A DNA stretch of 64,000 nt from Scyliorhinus canicula (lineage: Eukaryota): the NCBI RefSeq assembly GCF_902713615.1, contig NC_052153.1, positions 94,242,301 through 94,306,300 on the forward strand, written 5' to 3'. Below are positions 1 through 12,547 of this stretch, in pieces. Within the stretch, counting starts at the first letter, position 1. Each line of letters opens with the position of its first letter. The translations under genes and the position numbers were made by a program. The notes below the pieces were generated by a model. It saw only the letters and a program-made list of their open reading frames with translations. It did not search any database and was not told the DNA's origin.

Positions 1-169
1 AATTGGAGTCTCCTTTACAAGAGGAAACCCCCACCAGGTATTCAGTCTGCCAAGTCCTCTCAGGACCTTATGTTTCAATATCACATCTCACTCCTCTAAA
101 CGTCGATGGGCATAGCCCCAACTTGTTCAACCTTTCTTCATCAGCCAAGCCCTTCATTTTTAACAAAGT

Positions 170-660
170 AATTCAAGGGTGTGGGCTTTGCTGGCTAGGC
201 CAGCACTCCAAATCCACTTGGCAAGGTACTGGTGTGTTGCCTTCTTAAACTGCTATGGTCCAAGTGCTGTAAGGGAGGGAGATCCAGGATTTTAACCCAG
301 CAACAGTAAAGGAATGGTGATATATTTCCAAGTCATCACCTTGAGGGGTTTGGAGGGGATCTTCCAGGTGGTGGCGTTCCCAGGTATCTGCTGCCCTTGT
401 CCTTCTAGATTGTAGTGGTCATGGGTTTGCAAGTTCTTGCTGTGAATCTTCTAGATGGTACACACTGCTGCTCACCAGTGATGGAGGGAGTGAATGTTTG
501 CGGAAGGGTTTGCCGAAGGGATGTCAATCAAGTGGGCATCCTGGTCATGGATGATGTCAAGCTTCAGGTGGTGAGTTACTCACTGAAGGATTCCTAGCCT
601 CTGACCTGCTTTGGTAGCCACAGAATTTATATGGCTAGTCCAGTTCAGTTTTTTTTGTCC
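170..660 (-). mobile_element. CR1/L2-type LINE 3' fragment
   Basis: Minus strand LNWTSHINSVATKAGQRLGIL; homologous to 28065-29120. Confidence 0.75.
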
Positions 661-679
661 CAGGAATGAGTCAAGAACT

Positions 680-1120
680 TTATTGCTTCTAATAATGCAT
701 TTATGCCATTTTTCAAATAAGGACACCAAAACTGTATATAGTCCTCTGGATTCAGTCTCACCAATGCCGGGCAAACCTGCAGTAAAGTCTCCTTATTTAT
801 ATCCCTGTCCCCTTGCAATAAATGGCAACATTTCACTTGCCTTCCTCATCACTTGCTTGACATCGTACCAACTCTTTGGGATTCAGATAACAGAACACCC
901 AAGCCCCTCTGCACCACCGCGTTCTGCAATCTCTCTCTATTTAAATAGTATACTGCTTTTTTATTGTTCCTGCTAAAGTGGAGAACTCCCATTTTCCCGC
1001 ACTATACTTCATCCATCATTTTATTTTCCCCCACTGATTTGACTTATCTACATCCCTTGGCAGACTCTCTATCTCCCCTTCACATCTAACTAACCACCTG
1101 CCTTAGTGTCATCAGAAAAT
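680..1120 (-). mobile_element. Old CR1 RT fragment
   Basis: Minus strand RLNPEDYIQFWCPYLK and an ADDTK-like sequence. The related segment at 1-150 continues it. Confidence 0.65.
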
Positions 1121-3219
1121 GTAGCTCTCCCCTCGCACTCACTTAGCCTATTTATAACCTTTTCCAATGAAAAGTTGAGGGAGTTTCAAACTTGAACACC
1201 TGGACACCAAGAACTACAAATTATTTTATGGGAAACTTATATCAGTGATTACCACAAATTCCACAACTCCAACGAACTCTCCAAATACTTCCATTCACGA
1301 TGTCCAGTATTTCCCATGGAACCAGCCATTGGGAACATCTTCAGACACTTCCTAGCGAGGAGGAAGGCCCAACTCCAGCCTCCTTTCAGTCGGTGAACTC
1401 ACATTTCTTCAAAAAGTTAGTAATCCAAGAGTCTTCTCAAACTTACTACGGAGGACCACTTTAAATTAATACAATGTTGAGCTTTTACTTTGCCTTCGTT
1501 GGGATGGTGATACTATTACAAGTGTGAGGTTTTATGATTATTAGTCTCAATCCAACCCATTTTTAGTGATAGTTGCAGCTGTGCAGATCTTGCGAGTACT
1601 CAAAGATGCAAAACATTTCGATAAGTGGATGAAACTAGAATAGGGGGAAACAAAATACAAGGTACCAAGATACAAGCCATTGTGCTCTTTTGTAAACGTA
1701 TCAACTGCCAAGATTAATCATAAAACTCCATTAAACTATTGTGATGTTCTAGTATATGAATTATCAGTTAATACTTTTAAAACCAGCACCCAGACTATTA
1801 AAATGGCCACTGAAAACAGTGTGAACTTTGGTATTTTAGGTTTCAGACAGTCCCAAGTCTTGAAAAAAAACCCAACTAAATATGGACATTCACTGTCATC
1901 TGGGCAATTCACACATCCCTTTAAGGATGGATCACGGAAAAGGGCAATGGAACTTCTGCCAACCTGGTGCTACTCCACTCTGGACAAAATGGGACATTGG
2001 AAATGTGTGTAAGACAGTTGTGAATAGATCCCACCAATCTTCCATTCCATTATGATAGATTTCCTCAACCAAACTAGACTGGGTGAATCTCAAGCCAAAA
2101 CAGAATTGGAGTCAACACATACACCACTCTTTGTTTGGGAAATATAACTTGTAACTCATGGAAGTAATATGATGAGGGAACCATTTTCATAGTGTCCTTG
2201 AAAACTAGCAAGCAGCGGCTTGCAGACAGAGCGTTCCACCAAAAGCTATCAAACTGCCTGCTTTGGTGACTTGCAGCTACTGTAATAAACAGCAATACCT
2301 CCAACGTGGGATACCCTACCAGTGAGACAGATTCCACAATCTGTTCCAGTTAAGTTAACCTGAGAACTAACCTCCTAGAAGTTCAATTACATGAAACCTC
2401 ACAGCCGGAGAATCTTTTGCTTTATAAGACCTTCACTTCAACTGAAGCATCAAGTTCATCTATGTAATTACAGGCCTGCCCAGAAAGTCACGGAGATACT
2501 TTTAAGCTGCAAGCATGATGCCCTTATGTATATCTACCCGTTGTGTTTGAGCGTGCGAGATAAGTTTGTGAAATGTTGCATTCAGGATGTGAGATAATAA
2601 TATTTTGAAACTCTCAAAAGGTTTGCTGCGGGAATTACTTAATCGGGGCCCCTACTCCGGTGGTAGGAAAATACACCTTTTACTTAGCAAAACACTAAAT
2701 ATGAGCAGTAACTAGAAGCACAAATTGGCACTATAATGGCTAAGGAAATAATATAAGAAATATTTGAATTGGAATGAGCGTGTGTAATGTTAGTTGGTTA
2801 AGAACATGAATTCACTAATTGCATCACATTAAAAGGATTTCAGAAAGAACACTTTCATTTACATAGAAAAGGTCACGCCCTCCAGATGTCCGAAAGTACT
2901 TCGCATCCAGTGAATTGCATTTTGAGGTGCAGCAACTGTTATTTAGACATAGACTAAACATTATACATTTTGTTTTTCCTTCTCCCCATCCTCGAACCTC
3001 ACATTTTTGGTAGCATGATGAAATCAGCAAAATAAGAGGTGTCAAACTCAATTAGTTAATACATGTAAAAAGGGAGCATTTGGTTCCCTGTTGTAACTCC
3101 TGCATCACTGGGTGTCATGCTGTGCTATTAAGAGCGCACAAAACTGCATTCAAATTAACTTGGACCGGAGCTCAGCCACACACAAATCAAGTAACATATG
3201 CAGCAGAAAAAATACTTAC

Positions 3220-3266
3220 TGTTCTGGGTTCAAATGCAAACAAGGCTCTGTAAACTCTCACCTGAC
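3220..3266 (-). CDS. OSTF1: Osteoclast-stimulating factor 1, coding exon 2 (start of SH3 domain)
   Basis: Minus strand reads ttttcag|GT CAG GTG AGA GTT TAC AGA GCC TTG TTT GCA TTT GAA CCC AGA ACA|gtaagt = (G)QVRVYRALFAFEPRT. This matches vertebrate OSTF1 GQVKVFRALYTFEPRT. The exon is 47 nt with canonical AG/GT, and its phase fits exon 1. Confidence 0.96.
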
Positions 3267-3889
3267 CTGAAAAATAAAGATAAACAGTGAACTCTAATTA
3301 CTGATCATTTATTTTCTAAAATGACATTGAATGCAAATTAAATTGTCAGCTTAAAACACTGGTTGTACCCTTGTGTTCAGTCTAAGAGCCAGTTTTGCAC
3401 GAGTACAGAAACTTGGAATGTCTAAAATGTTACACAACCGGCAACAAAAAATGCTTTAATTTAACAACCACAGACGTTTTCTCTTTCGCACATTGGGATT
3501 ACACAGCAGAAAGGTATTGCTAAAAGCAAACGTATCACAGGCACACACCTCATAAATCTGACCCTAACTACGACAATGACCATGGGGCAAAGAAACAAAG
3601 GTTCTTTGGTGGGAAACACAGTTTGGGGGCTTGCAGCTGTCGGTTGCATACCCGGATGGGGACACAGAGAAAGCATTTACACACGCACGCACCCCGCCCG
3701 AGGTAACGGCACTTGGTGGTACAACCCTGGACACTCCGGCAAACACAATGGTGGGTGAGGGGGAAAATATAATCCCAAAGGTCTCAATTTAAAAAAAAAC
3801 ACTTAGCAGCCAGTGCTGAAGAGGCCCTAAATGATTGTGCACCAACTTGGTGCAGCCAGAGGCAAGTAAGTGTAACTCACTTTTTTAAA

Positions 3890-4825
3890 AAATCATTTAC
3901 GGGATGTGGCTATAGCTGGTTAGGCCAGCATTTATTGCCCATCTCTAGTTGCCCTTCAGAAGGCGGTAATTGTTATATTACAGAGATGCTAAATATATAT
4001 ATTGCTTATTTGTCATGACGAGTTGTATTTAACTTGATGATAAACAATCAAAGTCTTCCAGTTGATGACAAATTTTTTCATTGAGTAACAAAATAATATA
4101 TTTGGGGAGTTATTTTACTTTAATACTTTGACTAGTAATAGAATTAACTAAGATTAGATTAAGTTAACAATTATTATAATGCACTACACTCTGAGCTGGT
4201 CAAGTTTATCCTCCAACTGCACTACACACACATGAACACTAAGAAAGAACGGGAAACTCCTTATATAGTTCCTGTTAGTGATCATCTGACTGTACATAAC
4301 TAATCATGTATCAACATATAGAGGTCACTTCAATGATGAGTTGCCTTCTTGAACCGCTGCAGCCCTCAAGGTGTATGTACTCCCACTGTGCTGTTAGGGA
4401 GGGAGTTCCAGGATTTCGCCCAACGACAGTGAAGGAACGGCAATATATTTCCAATTTGGGGTGGTGAGTGACTTGAAGGGGAACGTCCAGGTGGTGGGGT
4501 TCCCATGTATCTGCTGCTCTTGTCCTGCTAGATGGTAGTGATCATGGGTTTGGAAGGTGCTGCCCAAGGAACCTTTGAGTTATTGCAGTGCATCTTGTAG
4601 ATGGTACACAAGGCTGTCACTGTTCGCTGGTGGTGGAGGATTTAAATATTTGTGGAAGGGGTGCCAATCAAGCCAGCTGCTTTGTCCTGGATCTTGTTGA
4701 GCTTCTGGAGTGCTGCTGGAACTGCACTCATCCAGGCAAGTTGAGAGTATTCCATCACACTCCTGACTTATGCCTTATAGATCGTAGACAGGCTTTAGGG
4801 AGTCAGGAGGCGGGTTACTCGCCGT
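3890..4825 (-). mobile_element. CR1/L2-type LINE 3' end interrupted by an LTR-like insert
   Basis: ggccagcatttattgcccatc..agttgccctt..gaagg tail, plus body homologous to 28065-29120. Confidence 0.75.
3971..4331 (-). mobile_element. Probable solo LTR inserted in a LINE 3' end
   Basis: A TG...CA-bounded insert splits the LINE tail (gaaggcggtaat|...|atgatgagttgccttcttg). Contains a TATA-like ccttatatag on the minus strand. Confidence 0.4.
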
Positions 4826-7800
4826 AAGACAGACAGAGAGAACACTTGGCAGGCTATTGGAACTGAGCCAGAAAGGTGAGCGGCAGCTTCAAACTTTACA
4901 GTGTTCCCGCTCTTGCAGTACAGACCACTTCCCCCGGGGTGGTGAGTCTTCTTCAGAGGCACTAGCAACTATACCGAAAAAGAGCATATAGTAGTGGGGG
5001 ATGGTGGAGGAAGATGAGCTCATTACAATACATGCCGGGAAGAGGCTGTGGGCCGATAACTGTGCGTTTCTCATGGGAGAGGAGTTAATTACTGCGTGTC
5101 GGGGAAAGAAAAGAGTTGACCTTAATTCTTTAATGGGATGTGGGCGTCCCTGGCAAGACCATCATTTGTTGCCTCATTGCCCTTCAACTGAATAGATTGC
5201 TGGGCCATGGTAGGAGACAATTAAGAGTCAACTACATTGCTGTGGATCTGAAATCACATGTAGGTCAGACCAGTAAGAATGGCAGATTTCCTTCCCTAAA
5301 GAGCATTAGTGAAACAGATGGATTGTTAATGACAATCCATTTCAATTCCCAATGTAACAACTAAATTTAAATTCCACCACTTGCTGTGGTGGGATTTGGA
5401 TCCTGTATGAGTATATAAAATATTAGCATTTTTACAAAACACATTAATGTTGTTGATATTATGTATATGTTGATCTATAACATGCAAACTTTAATAATTA
5501 CATACTGAATGTTGCTCTGCTGTGTTTTGGTTTTGTTTGTAATATATTAATCTTTATTGTCACAAGCAGGCTTATATTAATACTGCAATTAAGTTACAAT
5601 GAAAAGCCCCTAGTCACCATATTCCGGACGAAACACATGCAGACACAGGGAGAACGTTCAGACTCCGCACCGACAGTGACCCAAGCCGGGAATCGAACCT
5701 GGGACCCTGGCGCTGTGAAGCAACAGTGCTAACCACTGCGCTACCGTGATATTTGCTGGCACATTAATTTTCAGGTATAGTCACATTGGAAAATAGTTAG
5801 CAAAGCACTGGTGAAGCACTGCTTTATGACAGCATTTTGTACTCTATTGCCAATGATCTTGTATCATAAACAAACCAATTTTAAAGTTTAGAAATCCGAA
5901 CACAGCTAATGCATATTCATGGTAACACTCAACATCTCATTGGATGTGAAGGATCATCTGATTTAGACAGCAGTCATAACATCTGCAAGCAACAAGATAA
6001 AATACAGACCTCAAGAGGCTAAGAAATAAAATGGCACTATTCTAAACACATCAGAAACAAGAAGGCATACAATGGTATCACTGCTCAAGTCTGCAACCAT
6101 ATTTGGCAATTCTTTCACTGAGAAATAATTTGCACATTAAGCACAAGGACAGGGTGGAGGGGAAGAAAAAGGAGCAATTCCACCACATTTAAAGGATAAG
6201 GGCACAGGAGAACTCCACTCCCTTCCACACAGACAACTGAGAAAAAAATTACACACAGACATCTACCCACTGACCAACAGAGAGCCTGCCACACAATGGC
6301 AGAGAAATGCTTTAGCACAGTAAACCTAAGAATTGAGGTAAAACAGGGATCAGTGCCATTTACCCATGGAAAAGCCACACTGAAAAAGGACTTCTGTTGG
6401 ATTTGTGGCCTCACATTGTCGATTGTTTTAATTTTTGGTGAGGTTGATGATCTAGTGCAATTCTGCACCCATGGGCTAATAGTTAATCAAATGTTACAAC
6501 ATTCATTGTCAAATTATGGTACTGAGCATGACAATAATTTCATCCATTTGGTAAAAGGCACTCAAAGTGGAGAAGGGATACAGTCACCTGGTTCCGACCA
6601 GGTCATTTCTTATTTCAGTATAGGTTCAAGTGGTAGGATGCTAAGATACTTTCAAAGCATATTAAGTAAAAAGAGTGTTAAAAAATAGTATACATAACTG
6701 ATTCAGTAACTAGGTAAAATATATCATGTTAGGTTCAGGGGCTATAGCAGTGTACTTGGCATCTACAATATAGGCCTCTCTGGACACGAGCACCATACAA
6801 ATGCAATGCACATGTCAGTAGTACACAACAGTTGCATTCCGCAAACAGCACAGCTTGAGGAGCAACTGGACACACTCCCGAGCATTTGGCAACATTTTTT
6901 TCTGGAGAAGACGTTCTAGCCTGTGGTCACCCTATGAGTTGCATTCCATTATAAATTTAATTGAACAGTACTTGAGAATTGCATTGATAGATTTCAGTTT
7001 CTTTTCGCAATTATGCAACGCGGTGGGAGCAATGTGGGTCAAAGTGCTAAACTAATTTGTACAGTGCAATGGTTAAATCAACTGGGTTAATTACTCCTTG
7101 TGATCAGTGGTTGCATTGCAATTCAAAAGAGTGTATAGGGATTACAGGAGGCAAGGCTCAAAAAGGCCCCAGACAGCTTGGTATTTTATAGTTTGAGGCA
7201 ATCGACACTTGTTCCGACTGGGAAATGGCCCAGATGTGCTTCAGTCACATTTGTTGAAAGGAAAGCTGTGCTTCGCCACAGCAGGATGTGTCCTAATGAC
7301 AAGTGTACTCTGTTTCATTGCAAGGGGAGTCTCTCGTCAGGAAAACAAAGGTAGTTTTAAGGAGCTTATATTTGTATTGATAAATATTTAAAATTAGGTG
7401 TCGTTTCAAGTTGGTTTAATTTAGTGTTTCTGCATAAGAAAGGATGAACCTATAATTAGATTCATGCTGGACAAACGGTTTGGGTTGGCTTAACCTTAGA
7501 GAAGGTTACGGCGTGAAAATTAAACAAGATGGCAGAAGCTTAAAGTTGCTGCTTAGGAGAGCACCTAAGGTAGGAAAGGCTTTGGGAGTATAGTTTTAGC
7601 TTAATTCATTAGCAGTTTGAGATAAGCTAGTAAGAGAGAAGGCAGCTCTCACAACACTGCTAGAAGCAGTTGGTTTAGCAGGCTAGAGAAGGCACATCTC
7701 TCAGCTTTGCTAGAGGAAAAGTCATACGATGTAGTAATGGTTAAGAAATCAAGTGCTGAGTTCTAAAGAGCCACTAATTAAGGCAATTAGAAAATGAAGA

Positions 7801-8482
7801 GAAGTTTCCAAGAAGTCTGGAGTTAACAGAGCAGAGGAAACTGGGAATCTGAACAGTAAAGTCACAGGGTTAAAAAGACATTGGGTTGCAAAGGGCCAGA
7901 AAAATATCTGCAGTAGTGCTCAGGCTTAAGAGGAATAATCTGTGGAAATGGGTGGCTGCATCTCAAATTTTCTGTAAAAGCCTTTAAGAGAAAGGAAACT
8001 TGAAGAGGGAGGTGTAAAATCCGAAAGCGAAACCTTAATGGAAGCAGCTGAGGGAAAGCATTATTTAAGAGAGGATTTGGGATGGCACAGAGGCGCATTG
8101 GTTAGCACTGCTGTATTACAGGGCCGAGGACCTAAGTTCAATCCCAGCCATAGGTCACTATCTGTGTGGAGTTTTCATATTCTCCCAGTGTCTGCGTGGG
8201 TCTCACCCCTACAACCCAACAATGTGCAGGGTAGGTGGATTGGTCATGCTAAATTGCCCCTTAACTGGACAAATTAAAATAAAGTGCTGAAAGTATGTCT
8301 TTTTGAAAGCAAAATTAAAAATCACCCACGTGGAAGCCAAAGGGCAGTGTGACAAGGTGGCTCATGGTGGGGGATTCTTTGAGGAAAAATTCACTCGGAT
8401 TCAGTGGGAAGTGTATTTGACTACAGCCAACCTGTATGTTTAAAGGGACTGTGTGTTACTGAGACCATTGTAGCCTAGGAAT

Positions 8483-9070
8483 AGTGTTTTTCAAAACCTT
8501 TTTCCCGGGACCCACTTTTGCCAACTGACCGAACTTCGGAACCCATGTCATGTTTGCTTACCTTTAAATGTGACAGGTAAGCCGGCTTGGTCCTCACAAT
8601 CTCACTCCAATAAGGTTTCATGTCTTGTAACCTGTCGCCCCAGTTTTATTCAATTTCCTGCCTACAATCTTCTATTGAATTTCAGGCTTCTTGCCGCCTG
8701 CCTCTTCCAGCATTTGTTGCTGCCATTGCCCCCCCCACAATCCAAAGATGAGCAAGGTAGGTGGATTGGCCTTGCTAAATTGACCCTTAATTGGAAACAA
8801 TGAATTGGGTACTCTAAATTTATATTAAAAAAATGATTTGGGCATGGCCAAAGACAGAAGTACAGCTAGCAGAAAGCACATGGAGCTTGTTTCAATAGTT
8901 TCCCTGACAGCTGGGAAGCGATAAAATAATGTGATTGCGCATCGGCCATCTGGCACCGCTCACATTTCTAAGAAACGATTTGTGATCAAGGATGGCCTGA
9001 TTTGCTCTGCAACTTCCATGTAATACTTTAATTCTTAATTTTGTCGGATTTTTAAACAGATGGTAACACA
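8483..9070 (+). mobile_element. hAT/Charlie-like DNA transposon 5' remnant with a SINE tail inserted
   Basis: Begins tagtgtttttcaaaacc..ggacccac, resembling hAT-Charlie terminal repeats. No matching right TIR was identified. Confidence 0.35.
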
Positions 9071-9592
9071 AGGTAACGCCAGCAGTCGGGCGGAATCATT
9101 GACAACCCGTTGGTATTTCCCCTCACTGGCTGGAATCCTGTCTACGATGTTTACAATATCTCTCAATGATTTGTAAGATTAAACCAGGTTTCTTTTTTTG
9201 GTAGGGGGCGGGGGAGAATAATCATGCATTCCACTGATTTTGTAAAAATATTTTTCAAAACTACGTACCATTTTTGCGATACTTCAGTCATTCCTGTGTT
9301 GAATCAATCTGTCACGAGTCAGTGGTTCTTGTAAATATTCACAACAGACTGATCAGCTTTTAATTTATTTGTGGCAGATGCCGGGGAAATTACCTCTGCG
9401 TTGGCAATATGACTGTGTGCAGGTAGGGGCTGCCACTGGATCAAGTGTTAACAAATATAGATAAACTGTTAATGTAGCCATGTGCTTAAAATGGATTTGC
9501 TTTGTGAATTTCAGTAGGTACCCAATGCTGGCGTTCCGAGCGTCGGTAGAAATAGCTTTGATCAGTTTTGTCAGCTTCAGTATCAATCAACT

Positions 9593-9878
9593 GGGCAGCA
9601 TGGTAGCACAGTGGTTAGCACAGTGGCTTAACAGCGGCAGAGTCCCAGGTTCGATTCACGGCTGGGTCACTGACTGCGGAGTCTGCATGTTCTCCCTGCA
9701 TGGGTTTCCTCCGGGTGCTCCGGCTTCCTCCCACAAGTCCCAAAAGACGTGCTGTTAGGTAATTTGGACATTCTGAATTCTCCCTCAGGGTACCTGAACA
9801 GGCACTGAATGTGGCGACTAGGGACTTTTCACAGTAACTTTATTGCAATGTAAGCCTACTTGTGACAATAAAGATGAT
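9593..9878 (+). mobile_element. HE1-related SINE with Rex1-like 3' tail
   Basis: Head and V-core, then ...gtggcgactagggacttttcacagtaact..cttgtgacaataaagat. Other copies at 12864-13153 and 59716-60000 (+) and 5545-5748 (-). Confidence 0.8.
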
Positions 9879-12258
9879 CATGGCACATTTCTAATTGGGT
9901 GGCCGTCAATATCTTATTTGTCATGAATACTACCAAGCTATGTGATGGGACCTCATTAGCTATCAGCAGTGTGACAATATGCAACAAATATTGGAACGCA
10001 ACTGAAGGATACAACTCAAATTGTGTGGGACAATACATTAACGTGCGGAAATAGCAAATTGCGGCGTCCTTGGGCGCAACTGAAGCAGCATGCTAACAGC
10101 CGAATACGCTAACAGAGACGACAATCATTAAGAAAACCAGAACGAAGCATGGGAACAATGTGATCTCCTCCATTCCACAAATATTCGTGTCACCACGAAT
10201 AACTATCCCCTAGCCTTCAACATTCCAGTCTTTTAGGGGGCTTGTTTCCAGATTTTTCATTTATCGTGAAACAATATTATGCTTTATTTCCTGATGTACA
10301 GTAACAAAAGTGCTGTCAGATACTAACTTTGGTCAATTTCTCCAATCACTTCAGAATAAATCTTTCAGAGATTGAAAGATGGGAAGGGAGCCTTGACTCT
10401 CTGATCAGTCAGTTGTTCACATTTCATTCTCCTTTGGTTCCCTTCCCCAAAGCTCTTCTCAAGATTCAAAGCTGGAGACTGTGTTTTTGTGATGTTCCAT
10501 TTTACCCACACCCAAATGATGTGGTAATTAGGTTAGGCGGAGAGCATATGACCAGGATTGTTCCCTTTACATTTTCCCCATGTTCCTAGTGGAGGAACAG
10601 CTGTTCAAATCTGCAGTTAGGTGTCGAAAATTCAGTGATTTGAACAGATTTCTGGCCCAGTTCCCCTCAATATAACCACCAATCATTACAAATAGCTTAA
10701 AATTTATAATGTGCTTCATATGAGAATAATTATTACCACCAGATTAGCTGTGGGGATGTAGTATCGTTTGTGTTTTTTATCCATTGTTGGAATGGCTATG
10801 CATCGTAATACCCCAGCATTGTCTCGGGGAAAACTTACACAATGCAGAAAAGTGCAGCTTCAGCATTTTGTTTTAAATGCGGTGAAAGCCACAATCGCTT
10901 TATTATCTGTCAGGCAAATGCTGGCAAAAGTAATGCTTCCTCTCAGACATGAAGCAGAGACGCTAAGATATCCCAATGCTAAGGACAGGATGCAAAATCC
11001 ATCCGTTGCATATTTTAGTCTGTGGCAGGAACACCACGCTCCTTCTGGCATCCGCAGGTCGTGACCCGGACGAAACCCTGGCCAAGGATATACTTGGTAA
11101 TCTGTGATAATCTTAAAATTTGTGTATATTTGTCAAGCTAAGGGAGGAGTAAAGGAGTATGTATCATAATCAAACATTTCATATTTAATGAAGGTTAAGT
11201 AAACGTTATCTGTAAAAAGGTAAAGGTTACTGTCTTTGGAGCCAGGGTTCATTCAGAGATCGTCCCGTCCAGTTATAACACCAACTGGGATCATAACACA
11301 TGCTGTCTATTTTAGTCCCAGCCTACTGCACCTTCTAGAATTTCTAGACAGGCCATGGTTCTTATGGTGTCCTGAATTGTTATTTCCGGATCCTCTTCAA
11401 TTATCATGGGTGAAGAGGGTGTTGGCTTCCATAGGATTGGTCCATGATTATGCTCGGCAAAGCACTGCAGTGATTTGCTATTGCCTTCTGCAGTTCCTCT
11501 GCCATCAGACATACTTGAAGGATTTACAGACTGTTAAGCAATCTGTTTGGCCATGTTATGCACACGCCTTCCATCACCATCAAGTCCTAAAATGGGACTT
11601 GACCCCAGAGCTTCTAGTCCAGGAGGTAGAGATGCTTCCGCTGTGCCGCAGTTAAATGCAGAGGCATGCTAGCAAGATGCACAGGAGGATGTACAGTTGG
11701 CCACCAGCCCCTCCAGCAGTGAGTTGGCAGAACCCAATGAAGGCACGGTGATATCCGAAGGATGTGATTAAGACACTATATAAATGCAAATGATTTGTTT
11801 CTCATGTAGGTGCAATATGTACAATGCATGATCTTGATAGGTCTGTGCACATTTTGCAGCATGTGGTGACTGAGGATCTGTCATTCTTCCTGTCTTACTG
11901 ATGAAAGATATCTAGACTATTTCTTTGGTCAGAGGTGAGAATGCATATTTCTTAATCCTAATGTTTTCACATGATTTGTTCACAAGTGATTCATTTCCTT
12001 AATTAATAGGCTCATCAGTGTTAACTTTTTAAACAAGGAAATACAGCATCCAAAATTAGAGAAACATAGGTCACCAATCTGTGGCTATACACATCCAGAG
12101 TTTGAACAGACAGCTTTTAACGCAAGAAAATGCCGTTTCACAGGAACATAATAAAATCAAATTTGACACCAATCCACACGATATTGGGGCAGATGACGGA
12201 ACACTTGGTCAAAGAGGCAGAATTTAAGGAAGACCTTAAAAGAGAAAAGTGAGGAAGA

Positions 12259-12547
12259 GGCGCAGCACGGTGGCACAGTGGTTATCACTGCTGCCTCACA
12301 ACACCAGGGACCCGGGTTCAATTCCAACTTCTGGTGACCGTATGGCGTTTGCACTTTCTTCCTGTGTTTGCGTGGGTTTTCTCTGGGTGCTCCGTTCTTT
12401 TCAGAGTCAAAAGATGTGCAGGCTAGGTGTATTGGCCATGGCAAATTGCCTAAAGGTTAGGTGGCATTATGGGGATAACGGAGCAAGGGCTGGTGCAGGC
12501 TCAATGGGCTGAATGGTATCCTTCTGCACTGATTCTATTCTATGATT
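12259..12547 (+). mobile_element. HE1-type SINE, CR1-type tail
   Basis: A/B boxes, V-core and gattctattctatgatt tail. Further copies of this type at ~20495-20825(+), 25805-26060(-), 32570-32955(+), 37388-37708(-), 39404-39680(-), 44070-44388(-) and 61035-61343(-). Confidence 0.8.

Noticed and set aside
6115-6688. Overlapping 117-aa and 130-aa ORFs
   Set aside because: No recognisable motif and no splice context consistent with OSTF1, whose exons 1 and 2 already join in frame.
11040-11085. ggacgaaac motif suggesting a hammerhead ribozyme
   Set aside because: No CUGANGA box or helix II partner is present upstream.
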